A stretch of DNA of 39,403 bases. Origin: Toensbergia leucococca. Taxonomy: Eukaryota. Both the position numbers and the translations under genes were made by a program. Below are positions 22,435 through 32,456 of the stretch, piece after piece. The stretch's first letter is position 1, and each line of letters begins with the position of its first letter. The stretch covers positions 1 to 39,403 of the forward strand of contig JALDZS010000209.1 of NCBI GenBank assembly GCA_022813965.1, written 5' to 3'. The notes under the pieces were generated by a model that saw nothing but the letters and a program-made list of their open reading frames with translations, had not been told where the DNA came from and did no database searches.

Positions 22435-24352
22435 TTATGTGACAATACTCCTATCTGCACCTTTTGCCCATTCCCTCAAAACATTCTTCTTCAATTTTCC
22501 TGTACTAGTCTTTGGTAATTCATTCAAGATCTCGACTTCCCTTGGGACCATGAACTTGCTGATACCGCTCGTATGTTTTGCCCACTCGATGACATCTTCT
22601 CCCTTCAATTCCTTGCCAGCCTGCACCGTAATAAAGGCCTTCGGCCGTTCGCCCCAATGCGAGTCAGCCACAGCTACTACAGCTGCCTCTAATATCTCAG
22701 GGTGAGTAGCTAGCATGGACTCTAGCGCCACAGACGAGATGTTCTCTCCGCCTAAGAAGAGCATGTTAGTCAAAATTGGCTTCAGAACAGGATCATCCCT
22801 TCATACCACTAATGATTATATCCTTGGCCCTATCCAAAATCTGAGCCGCACCATCTTCATGCCATACTGCCAGATCCCCCGTATGTAATACCCCACCGGC
22901 AAATAATTTACTCGTTGCCTCAGGATCTTTGTAGTATCCTTTGGCACAAATGTTACCTGAGCAAACAATTTCCCCTATCTCTTTTCCATCCTTTTCAACA
23001 TCGATGACTATACCTTGAGCTACGTCAGTCTTGATCACTCTTATTGGCAAGCTACCAATGAAGCCATGGCCTTGTCGAGCCATCTTTTGATATTTTTCCT
23101 TCTTTGGGAGTTCCTCCCATGCCGGTAAATGGTAACCCTTTGTGATAGGGCCATAAGTCTCAGTCAAGCCATATACATGAACAGGTTGTAGGTTGAGGTT
23201 GGTCATCTGCTCAAAAAGATGCGGAGTCGGTGGGCTTGCAGCAACAGTGACACGTACAGGAATAGGTAGGTGTGTAGCTTCCTTGGCGGCGCAGAGGAGT
23301 GTGCTGACTGTAGGAGCAGCGTTGTAATGGGTTATATGCTCGTCTTTCAACAATCTCCAGATTTCAGGATACTCAATCTTTCGCAGGCAGTAGTGTGTTC
23401 CTCTCACCGCAGTGACAGCCCACGGGAATGTCCAGCCCATTGCATGGAACATCGGCAGAGTCCACAGGTATCGACAACGCCCCGTATGACAATTCAGTCC
23501 AGACTCTATCACATTGCTCATTGCAGCAAGGTAGCAACCTCGATGTGTGAACTCAACTCCTTTTGGCTTTGCTGTAGTCCCACTCGTATATGCTAAGGCA
23601 ATTACATCCTCTTCGTTCCCGACTTGGGCTTCAAGCCCATCCCATCCCTTTCCACCTCGTTCACTGTCGTAATTCAGCCCTTCTAACACAGCTTCGTCAA
23701 ATTGACCACTTAGCTCGCCTTCCGTCGCGTCGGTATCAGCATCAACGATCAAAGGTATCCCTGGATTTTCTTCCCGAAAGCTATCAAGAAGAGGTAGGAA
23801 TTCAGCGTCGACAATGATGATCTCTGCTTCCGCGTGTGTGAAAATATAAGCAATGTCCTCATGTTTCAGTCGATAATTTACACCTGATAGAAGTTTGTCT
23901 TCTTAGATGGTTCTGTAATTAGAGCGTGGGAACATTCGGCATACCAACATTAACGGCACCGGCTGCAGCAATCCCAAAAATTGACTCTAGAAAAGCTGGG
24001 GTGTTTGGGCAGAGAATTCCCACCCTCTTGTATCCATGCTTATTCAAATAATATGCTAGTCCTCTTGCTCGGTCGGCCGCTTCTTGGTATGACCTCCGCA
24101 AGATTTTGTTATTCGCAGTGATGTGATATATTGCTTCTGCCTGAAGCGGCTTATTAGTGGATGGCCTTGCGTACATATCATTCATGAACTTACATCTGGT
24201 TCAATCGCGGCAGCTCGAGGAAGAAAGAAGGTCGGGGAAAGGGTATGGTAATTGTGATGATGTACGTACTCAGGCTTCAGCGTCTCTGGTGAGGAGGGTG
24301 ATGGCAAGAAATGCGCTGCGAGTTTGGATAGTCTTGATGAGGCACCAGACAT
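22435..24352 (-). CDS. Acyl-CoA synthetase/AMP-binding enzyme, predicted peroxisomal (PTS2); multi-exon
   Basis: YTSGTTAKPKG AMP-binding motif, LPMFHAMGW, YGLTETYGP, HTGDLA, DRAKDIIISG/ENISS, LPKTSTGK. First exon MSGASSRLSKLAAHFL...LSPTFFLPRAAAIEPD from ATG at 24352. Confidence 0.92.
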
Positions 24353-24875
24353 ATTGAATAAGGTTTGAAAGTCAGTTCATACCTGCAAATAATGCCAGTG
24401 AGCTGTGAGCCTGCGAAGGTTCCGACCAGATAAGATCAATGATTTAGCATGGGAATTGATGATCTAAAAATGCCATGCAGGTGGAGCCGCGCTGGATTTG
24501 TGGGGTAGTGCTCCCGCTTCGCCGCGGGGTCCATCGGCATTCCGGCCAAGAACAATTCGATTTCTGTACTGGAAATATCAATTAGAAGATGGGAACCTTT
24601 GTTAGGTTTCCTTTAGCCTTTGGTACTAAAGATTTCTTGACGCTTTTTCAATGACTAGAAAGTGACAGAGGAGCTCATCTGCCTACCTAGCTGAACATAG
24701 CTAAGGCGCATCTCTCTGAAAAAGGTCCACCATATCTACAACATTTATTGATGTATCATCTTGAGAGTAGCCTTTGTAGCTAGACCAGGAGAAGTTTCTG
24801 GATATAACCCTGTGCTTCGAGAATAACTTAACCCTTTCCGATACAAGACACTAGACGAGGTAGATGACCATCTAG

Positions 24876-25868
24876 CTAATATCCATACTCGGCAAGCTGT
24901 GACTTGGTCTTCTCGTCTACCGTCGCAATTTTCTGTGCCTCTGAAAGTTGTCTTCGTGCTGCCTTCTTCCTCTCGTAATATGCCGCGCCCTTGACCTTTC
25001 TCCTCTCTTCCAACCTTTACCAAAATGTCAGCCAATGGCATTCAATTATTCAATCATCTGCGTTGTTCTCAGAATTGATTAAGAGGGCCACCAACCTAGC
25101 AACCACGTCCTGGTATTTCCACCCTACCTCATGACTCAGCCTCCCAACAGTGCAGTACTTTCGTCCTGGCTTCAATCGTAATACCCTCAATGCTTGTGGT
25201 ACAACAACCCTCTTCTTCTTGTCGTATGGGGGTGGAACACCTTCGAAAACCTTAAGACGTTCCATTGCAGCGGCGCCACGAGCTGTCTTGTGAGGGATCA
25301 TGCCACGGACAGTCTTGTAGAAGATTCTGGAAGGAGCACGGAAATGAAAGGGACCTGTAGAAAAAGAGCAAAATTATGTTCAGCGGTATGTATCCGATTT
25401 GAAGGAAAACAATCAATTCACGGGGTATGGCGCGTCTTACCTCCTCGAGTGGGATTGTAACGGGTCATCTTGCGAAGATAGGCATGATACTTTACTAATG
25501 GAAGCAATAATGTTAGCCACCGAAATCCATTATCATCTCTAGTCAGCTCTTAGAACCTTGCAGATGAACGGTATCTGCGTTGATTCTTTTCGTCCAGCCA
25601 TCCGATGGCGCCAGGTTGTCAACGTACGTTTAGCGCGGAAGAATTCCCCAGATATATTGAGTGCTTCGCATCGTACCACAACAATCTTCTGACCGTTGAG
25701 AAGTTGTTTTGCCACGGTGCTGGCCAAGCGACCTAGAAGATGCCCCTTGCCATCGATGATGATCTGCAAGTCAGGATATGTAGTGTTAGTTATTCTGCTT
25801 TGATGCATTGCACGGGGAGCTTCTGGCGAAATTCGGAAGGCACTCACGACTGATTCAAAGGTCGACAT
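24876..25868 (-). CDS. RPL16: 60S ribosomal protein uL13 (L16/L13A); multi-exon
   Basis: MSTFESV / [15 protein letters not shown]...GEFFRAK / [13 protein letters not shown] / [26 protein letters not shown]...[11 protein letters not shown] / [12 protein letters not shown]...LAEYGY*, with GT-AG introns between the segments. Confidence 0.97.
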
Positions 25869-26033
25869 CTTACAGAGCTTCCGTGTGGTTAAGTTTTTTC
25901 TTCGCAAACGAGTACAGACTCGCCTTTCCTATGAAGGTTGTCGTTGTCGCAGAGGTAAGGATGCTTGATGAGATGATTAATCCACCTTTCGTGTGTGCTT
26001 ACATAAAGTGCACTAGTAAGAAGAAGCGAGCAC

Positions 26034-26060
26034 TTAGGGCCTGCATCACTCGTACCCTAA
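26034..26060. promoter_or_regulatory. Inverted TTAGGG-N15-CCCTAA pair upstream of RPL16; candidate Tbf1-type ribosomal-protein promoter element
   Basis: ttagggcctgcatcactcgtaccctaa lies 166-192 bp upstream of the RPL16 ATG. TTAGGG sites are known Tbf1 elements in Candida albicans ribosomal-protein promoters. Confidence 0.5.
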
Positions 26061-26379
26061 TCTGATAAACGAGTAAAATTACAGATCCCTCGATCCTGTG
26101 CTGCATATCCTCAGTGTTGGATACCTTATTAACCATTCCACCTTTTGATTGACTACTCATAAGGAGTGTCAGACGCGTTATACAGCTTTCCTAAGTATGA
26201 AAATGCATCCAACTATGATTCAACTGTCTACCTACTGCGTACACAACCTTGCTTCTCGACTTAGCTTCACACATTACTCGTAAATACTAACAGCATCACG
26301 CCATGGTTTGAATACCCCATTTCCCTAGATTTAGCAATGGAGACATTCCGTAAAAGAGACTCTGAGTTTGTACGCCCCC

Positions 26380-26928
26380 TTATGGAGAAACGAATCTGCT
26401 CTTTGATACATCCAATGTACTTTTGTTCCAAACGGCCATTATCTCATAAGCGCTGAGGCCGCAATCCTCAATAAGTACCCTTCGCCAACTAGGTGTACGT
26501 ATAGCGTCACCAAATGTAGAGAGATCAGCTTTGGGTCCAAGCCATATGATCAGTCTGACAGCTTCATTGCCAAAATCTTCTAGATATCTACGCAGGAGAG
26601 AGACATCTCGAGGATAGACAAATATCCAAGCAGTCGCATCAGCAGCCGCACCACAGAGATGCCAGGTACCTTTGAGGACCACTAGGTTATCACAGTCCAA
26701 GTATTGATTGATTCCGGCAGAGATCTCAACTCCTTGAAGACATAGTTCGGGTCTTGTATGGAGAAGGAGAGCTTCGAGGAGCCCAGTGCCACTTCCAATA
26801 GACAATGTCAAGGCCGGCGCTGGTGGCAGGAGCTGGGTAATTGTTTTTAATAATGTGAGCGATAGAAACAAACAGCAATCAGGGTTGCTTGTAGATTGAT
26901 CTGATAAGTCTGGAGGTGTCTTCATCAT
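26380..26928 (-). CDS. Small class I SAM-dependent methyltransferase-fold protein, function unknown
   Basis: 182-aa uninterrupted ORF with motif I-like LSIGSGTGLLE, post-I GVEI, and WIFVYPR / IIWLGP. Confidence 0.75.
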   Translation of the reverse strand: MMKTPPDLSDQSTSNPDCCLFLSLTLLKTITQLLPPAPALTLSIGSGTGLLEALLLHTRPELCLQGVEISAGINQYLDCDNLVVLKGTWHLCGAAADATAWIFVYPRDVSLLRRYLEDFGNEAVRLIIWLGPKADLSTFGDAIRTPSWRRVLIEDCGLSAYEIMAVWNKSTLDVSKSRFVSP

Positions 26929-27191
26929 GCCATGATTGATTGGGCTGATGAATCTGGATGTCGTGTCTTGACGTAAGACGTGGTATTAAGAAAGGAGGAA
27001 AGCTAAATGCAGATCCCCGCAATGTTTAAATATCCTAATCAACCAGTAGCAAGACTAATAGCAACGAAGTAAGGACGGGGTACGCAAGCTTGTAGTCGTA
27101 CCAGCACCGCTTTTGTGGATTATGGCAGGCTTGTATTGAATACCCTATGCATTCAGGTGTTTCAAGCTGATTGTAAGTATCTCACGCAGAA

Positions 27192-30100
27192 ATGAAATCC
27201 AACACCATTCTTTGGCATCAAAACACTGATTTTATTCGAGCACAACAGAGGACAATGAAGAAAACTTCCCGCAATCCGATCGCCTTCACTCCATTGCCTG
27301 TCACCATTATTACATCTATCATTTATGCCGCCCTAATCATCGCCTTGCTCGTTCAACATTTGGTCGTGCCAGCTGCGCCCACGAATCCAACCGTTGTCAA
27401 AGGTATAAACATCACAGAAGCATGGCAGGACCTTCAGACGCTCAGTAATGGCTACCATCCATACAATAGTCGTAGAAATGACTTCATCCGAGACTGGTTA
27501 TTACGGAGAATCTCAGAAATTCTAGAAGGCAACGAGGTGTCCTATTACCCTCTGGATAGCTCCATCATTCCAAAACGTAGGAGTCTCAGAGAACATTCAG
27601 GCCCCTCTCCTGTGGTTATCTTCAATGACATGACATCCAACATAACCTGCTCCACAAGTGCGCTTCCTAGTCCGCTTCAAGAGCCTGGATTAAGTGTTTA
27701 TTTTGAGGGCACAAATATCATTGTGTATATACGTGGCTTGAAGGATGAAGATGAGGACTGGTGGCTGACGAACAAGACTTACCATGGGCACGGCGGGGTG
27801 CTTGTCAACGCTCATTACGACAGCGTCTCAACGGGCTTTGGTGCGACAGACGATGGGGTGGGGGTGGTTACGGTTCTGCAGCTCATCAAGTTTTTTACTA
27901 CGTCTGGGCAGAGACCTCAAAGAGGTATCGTTGCACTACTGAATAACGGTGAAGAGGACTTCCTCAATGGGGCCCGAGCTTTCAGTCAGCACCCTATGTC
28001 ACAGTTTGCACATACCTTTTTTAATCTTGAAGGAGCTGGTGCAGGGGGCCGTGCAACCTTGTTCAGAAGCACTGATACTGAAGTCACTAGATTCTACCAA
28101 AAGAGCAAGTACCCATTTGGGACGGTTCTTAGCGGAGACGGCTTTGAAAGAGGATTCATTCGAAGCCAGACAGACTATGTAATTTTTAATGGCATTCTTG
28201 GCCTTCGAGGACTTGACGTAGCTTTTTTGGAGCCACGAGCACGTTACCATACTGATCAAGATGACACGAGACACACTGGCACTGACTCGCTATGGCACAT
28301 GCTGTCTGCTGCTCTGTTTACGGTACAAGGGCTCACAGCCGATACAAGCTCAACCTTTGATAGCCAAACTCACAGAAAGGGAAAGGTACCAAGCGGGGAA
28401 GGGTCTTATGGTGTTTGGTTTGACTTGTTTGGTGTTGTTCTTGCAGTCTTCAGACTTCAGACGTTGTTTGCTTTGTCCGTCACTTTACTGACAGTCGCGC
28501 CGTTGGTATTAATTGTGATTGGAGCGATCCTGTACAATGTTGATAAGCTATATGTTTTCAGTTCATCGAAGCAGCAACACCATTCTGAAGGAGACGAGAC
28601 CGTGCCTCTAAAAGGATGGCGAGGATTCTTTAGGTATCCAACCACCTCTGTTCTTGCATCCGGCGGTGTCATCGGTCTAGCCTTCTTGGTCACCAAGATC
28701 AATCCGTACATCATTTACAGTAGTCCATATGCTGTCTGGAGTATGATGCTATCGGCATGGCTCTTCATTGCTTGGTTCGTGTCTAGAGCTGCTGACTCTT
28801 GGAGACCTACTGCACTCCATCGAGCTTATTCTCTACTATGGATGTTTACGGGCTGCTGGCTTGTACTTATCGCAGTGACGGTACTCGAACAGCATTTCAA
28901 AGTTGCCGGTCTCTACTTCATGGTGTTCTATTTCGCAGCCATATTCTTGGCAACCATGATTGCTCTTCTTGAACTTTTTGGCCTTCCCCGCAAATCGGAT
29001 TATGCTAGCGGGATCGAAGGCCACGAAGAAAGGCCGGTGGCAAGTTTGCGGTCAGTAAGCATTTCGAGTGCTCAGTTGCTCGCGCCTTCGGCAGACGAAC
29101 AACCAAGAGACGACGCAGATAGTAATACCGCTGAAGAGGACCCAGAAGCAAACGAGTCTACCTCTCTACTCCGTGGAGATAGACAGACAACATTTGCACA
29201 TTACGGATCACCCCACCATAATGTAGAGGGCGATGAGGAAGAGGTCATTGATGAGAAAAAACAACGTAGAGTCTTTGGGGAAGAACAAGCTTGGAGCTGG
29301 TCCCTACCAACATGGACTTGGTTACTCCAATTCATTTTACTCGGACCCTTCGTGGTCATCCTCGTCGGTCAGGTTGGCTTGTTGTTTGTCTCTGGCACCT
29401 ACCAAACTCTCGCAGATGGCAATTCCGCCCTCGCTGTTTACATTATCGTCGCAGTCTTCACCGTCCTCTTTCTTGCACCATTAGGTCCCTTTTTGCATCG
29501 ATATACATATCATATCCCAACTTTTCTTCTGCTGGTGTTTGTTGGTACTACCGTCTATAATCTGATCGCCTTCCCCTTTTCCACCAATAATCGTCTAAAG
29601 CTCTACTTTGTCCAGAGAGTAGACCTTGACACGGGTAGCAATCAGGTTTCCTTGTCCGGATTGCCGGACCCGTATCTGAATGAAGCCATTCACAGCCTTC
29701 CCAGTGCTGCTGGTCAGAAGCTTGAATGTTCGAAAAGTTTAAGTCGACGTGGGCTTGTTGAATGCGCATGGAATGGAATTCCTCCCCGAGTAGTCAAAAA
29801 CACGCACCCTGCAGTACCGCCGCAAATAGGGTATGCGGATTGGCTTTCCTTTAACATTTCGCGAGAGCCAGAAAAGAACGAAGCTCGATTTCATCTCTGG
29901 GGCCGCAATACTCGTGCATGCAAGATCCAATTCAACAGGGCCATTTCAGATTTCACTGTTGATGGCGCAGGAGATGACAGTCGTTTCAAAAGAGTGCCTG
30001 AGGAGGGAAGCAAGGAAATCAGACTCTGGAGCAGAACATGGGAGAAACCATGGGACGTTGATGTGAGATGGGAAGTTTCTGAAGATAGGCATGCTGGAGA

Positions 30101-30260
30101 AGAGGGGCTTGACGGGAGGATCGTCTGTTTGTGGAGTGACGGAAATGAGTCGGGCGTCATCCCAGCCTTGGATGAAGTCAGACACTTCGCCCCGGATTGG
30201 GTGGCCGTCACAAAGCTGGGTGATGGGCTAGTGGAGGGGAGTAAATCTTTTCTAGCATGA
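27192..30260 (+). CDS. PFF1: Vacuolar membrane M28 metallopeptidase (Pff1/FXNA family); an alternative start is ATG 27255
   Basis: 1022-aa open frame. N-terminal TM segment, then VNAHYDSV, GATDDG, NNGEEDFLNGA, NLEGAGAGG, YHTDQD, followed by multiple TM helices. Confidence 0.93.
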   Translation: MKSNTILWHQNTDFIRAQQRTMKKTSRNPIAFTPLPVTIITSIIYAALIIALLVQHLVVPAAPTNPTVVKGINITEAWQDLQTLSNGYHPYNSRRNDFIRDWLLRRISEILEGNEVSYYPLDSSIIPKRRSLREHSGPSPVVIFNDMTSNITCSTSALPSPLQEPGLSVYFEGTNIIVYIRGLKDEDEDWWLTNKTYHGHGGVLVNAHYDSVSTGFGATDDGVGVVTVLQLIKFFTTSGQRPQRGIVALLNNGEEDFLNGARAFSQHPMSQFAHTFFNLEGAGAGGRATLFRSTDTEVTRFYQKSKYPFGTVLSGDGFERGFIRSQTDYVIFNGILGLRGLDVAFLEPRARYHTDQDDTRHTGTDSLWHMLSAALFTVQGLTADTSSTFDSQTHRKGKVPSGEGSYGVWFDLFGVVLAVFRLQTLFALSVTLLTVAPLVLIVIGAILYNVDKLYVFSSSKQQHHSEGDETVPLKGWRGFFRYPTTSVLASGGVIGLAFLVTKINPYIIYSSPYAVWSMMLSAWLFIAWFVSRAADSWRPTALHRAYSLLWMFTGCWLVLIAVTVLEQHFKVAGLYFMVFYFAAIFLATMIALLELFGLPRKSDYASGIEGHEERPVASLRSVSISSAQLLAPSADEQPRDDADSNTAEEDPEANESTSLLRGDRQTTFAHYGSPHHNVEGDEEEVIDEKKQRRVFGEEQAWSWSLPTWTWLLQFILLGPFVVILVGQVGLLFVSGTYQTLADGNSALAVYIIVAVFTVLFLAPLGPFLHRYTYHIPTFLLLVFVGTTVYNLIAFPFSTNNRLKLYFVQRVDLDTGSNQVSLSGLPDPYLNEAIHSLPSAAGQKLECSKSLSRRGLVECAWNGIPPRVVKNTHPAVPPQIGYADWLSFNISREPEKNEARFHLWGRNTRACKIQFNRAISDFTVDGAGDDSRFKRVPEEGSKEIRLWSRTWEKPWDVDVRWEVSEDRHAGEEGLDGRIVCLWSDGNESGVIPALDEVRHFAPDWVAVTKLGDGLVEGSKSFLA

Positions 30261-30633
30261 TGTGTTCGGCATAAGCAGCGTTACTTCAGATAGGGTACTC
30301 CGTTTCAAGTCCTCGGTGTATTGAGCTCTAAAAGCTCACATACACGTAATCACGCTCTACATCGAGTACTTATTATTTATTGTACTTGTGATATCGAAAA
30401 GGAAATTGTTGCAGTGTTTTTAGTAATGCAAGCATCAACACTGCTGTTTGAAAGTGGATGAATATTCATTCGCACTCGGTACTCTTCACGTAGATAAATC
30501 TCTTAGCTTCCAGAACAAACCACAGCCTCGCTTGCTTTTCGCTTTGTCAACCTCCAAAAAAAAACCTCACCCTCGACACATTCGCATTTTTCGTGACGGC
30601 CACATATGTAACATCAAATTCAAGTCGTTCATC

Positions 30634-31998
30634 GTGGCTTCCTCAATCCTGACGACGATCTCCACTCTGGCTGCCTCTTCCACGGAATCGCTGTATACAA
30701 GCCTGCCCACCCCGCTGCAAGATTACCTCACCCACACAATCAACTACCTTCAACATACGCCTTTCGACCTACTCCTTCCTCAAACCATTTCCGGCTTCTC
30801 CCAGGCATCCCCCACCACTCTCATCGCAATCCTACTTCCTCTCCTCGTCCTCGTCTTCTCCATGGCTAGCTGGAGCAAACGCTTCGTACCTAGTGGCGGG
30901 CGCTACTCCCCCTTCGCTGCCCTTCCCCCAGGCGGTCCTCCCCCAACCGTTACAGAAGATGATTACCACTACCTCGGTCCTGATGACTTGATTGATCCTC
31001 CTCGCCACCAGCAAATCCATCCATATGGTCTCCCTTCCACCACCTCATCCCGAGTCGCAACGAACACCCCAGCGCCAGATATCCTCGTACTAAAGCACAG
31101 AGGCACAACATATCCCTTACACTTCCCCGCCTTCTCAATAGCAGAAGGTATCCTGAAAGTCGGTGAGGTGCGACGAATGGCCGCCAAGGAAACCGGCGCT
31201 GAGGACCGGCGAAGAGTAAAACTCCTCTACAAAGGCAACATTCTCAAAGATGACGCCCGTCCCTGCCGCGATGAGCGTCTTAAGCAAAATAGCGAAGTCC
31301 TCTGCATTGTCAGCGAAGGCTACGGCCGTGGCGAAGAAGGCGACAGCAGCTCCAGCGCCGACTCGGAAGAAATGCTTGAGAACGGCATCGGCTCCAACCC
31401 CGTCCCCCGCGTCGAAGTCGACGGCACCATCACCGGCGGTCCCCAGCGCGTGAAGCGGAAAGGTCACCGTGGCGGCCGCACCCGGCGCAAAGGCACCCGC
31501 GACTCAAGCCCCACAGGCAACCCCGCTCGCACCTCCGACTACCTAGCCCCGGAAGCCACCTACACCACCAGCAGCACCTCAATCAACAACCCCCCCCGAC
31601 CCGCCTCCCGAGCCTCCTCGCCCATGCGCCCTCTCCCCACCCAATCCCAGCCCCAACCCGTGCAGCAACCACAACAACCAACCACACTCCCCCCGCTCTC
31701 CCAAACCACCACCCGCTCCTCATCGCCCCTGGCCAAACTCGACGAAATCTCTCGCACCTTCCACACGAAATTCGTGCCGCAGTGCGTCCAATTTACGGCC
31801 AACCCTCCCACGGATCCCAAGACCCGCGACTTTGAGTATAAGAAGCTGAGCGAGAGTTTGTTGGCGCAGGTGATTTTGAAGCTCGATGCTGTCGAGACGG
31901 AGGGGGATGAGGGGGCGAGAGCTAGGAGGAAGGATTTGGTGCGCGAGACGCAGAATTTGTTGAATGGGTTGGATGCTGTTGGGAAGAAAGGGGCGTAG
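30634..31998 (+). CDS. Ubiquitin-like + BAG-domain Hsp70 co-chaperone; start uncertain (GTG 30634 or CTG 30649 versus first ATG 30862)
   Basis: Ubl-like segment LVLKHRGTTYPLHF...VKLLYKGNILKDD; Pro/Ser-rich linker; C-terminal BAG helices EYKKLSESLLAQVILKLDAVETEGDEGARARRKDLVRETQNLLNGLD. Confidence 0.88.
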   Translation: MASSILTTISTLAASSTESLYTSLPTPLQDYLTHTINYLQHTPFDLLLPQTISGFSQASPTTLIAILLPLLVLVFSMASWSKRFVPSGGRYSPFAALPPGGPPPTVTEDDYHYLGPDDLIDPPRHQQIHPYGLPSTTSSRVATNTPAPDILVLKHRGTTYPLHFPAFSIAEGILKVGEVRRMAAKETGAEDRRRVKLLYKGNILKDDARPCRDERLKQNSEVLCIVSEGYGRGEEGDSSSSADSEEMLENGIGSNPVPRVEVDGTITGGPQRVKRKGHRGGRTRRKGTRDSSPTGNPARTSDYLAPEATYTTSSTSINNPPRPASRASSPMRPLPTQSQPQPVQQPQQPTTLPPLSQTTTRSSSPLAKLDEISRTFHTKFVPQCVQFTANPPTDPKTRDFEYKKLSESLLAQVILKLDAVETEGDEGARARRKDLVRETQNLLNGLDAVGKKGA

Positions 31999-32456
31999 GG
32001 GATGACTGGCGAGTAAGGGTTAGAGGTGGGATTTGTGGGCGTTTTTTTGACGCGGGGGAGGGGGAAGTGTTTGGGTGGTAGATTGGTTCAATGGGTTTTT
32101 TTGACATGGCACGCGAGAGGTTGTGGGCACGTTTCATGCACTCCACTTTCAATGTGTATAAACTCGTTTTCTTTCACGCATTGCATCCCAAGGTGTTGGT
32201 CTTTTGAGTTTAGACCTCCTTTGTGTCGCTATTTAAATGTGTCACGAATTTCTCCTGTCCGTGCGAACCAATGTACTCGTACTCCTTGCAGTGCTGGGTA
32301 CGAGTAGTAAATCGACAAAGAACTGGGTATCACACCACGCCTACATTCCGAATTTCTGCTGCAAATGCTTTACACCAACCTACCAAACTGCCGCCTTGAC
32401 CAAACATGATGCTACAAATTCCCAATTCTGGGCGATGGGAGAGGGAACGGTGAATG

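Noticed and set aside
3758..24352. Secondary-metabolite cluster (dehydrogenases plus acyl-CoA synthetase)
   Set aside because: There is no PKS, NRPS or terpene backbone gene, the ADH is a pseudogene, and the enzymes are separated by unrelated genes.
25496..25628. Intronic snoRNA in RPL16
   Set aside because: Only short hairpins are present; there is no properly ordered C/D or H/ACA box pair. An Infernal/Rfam scan would settle it.
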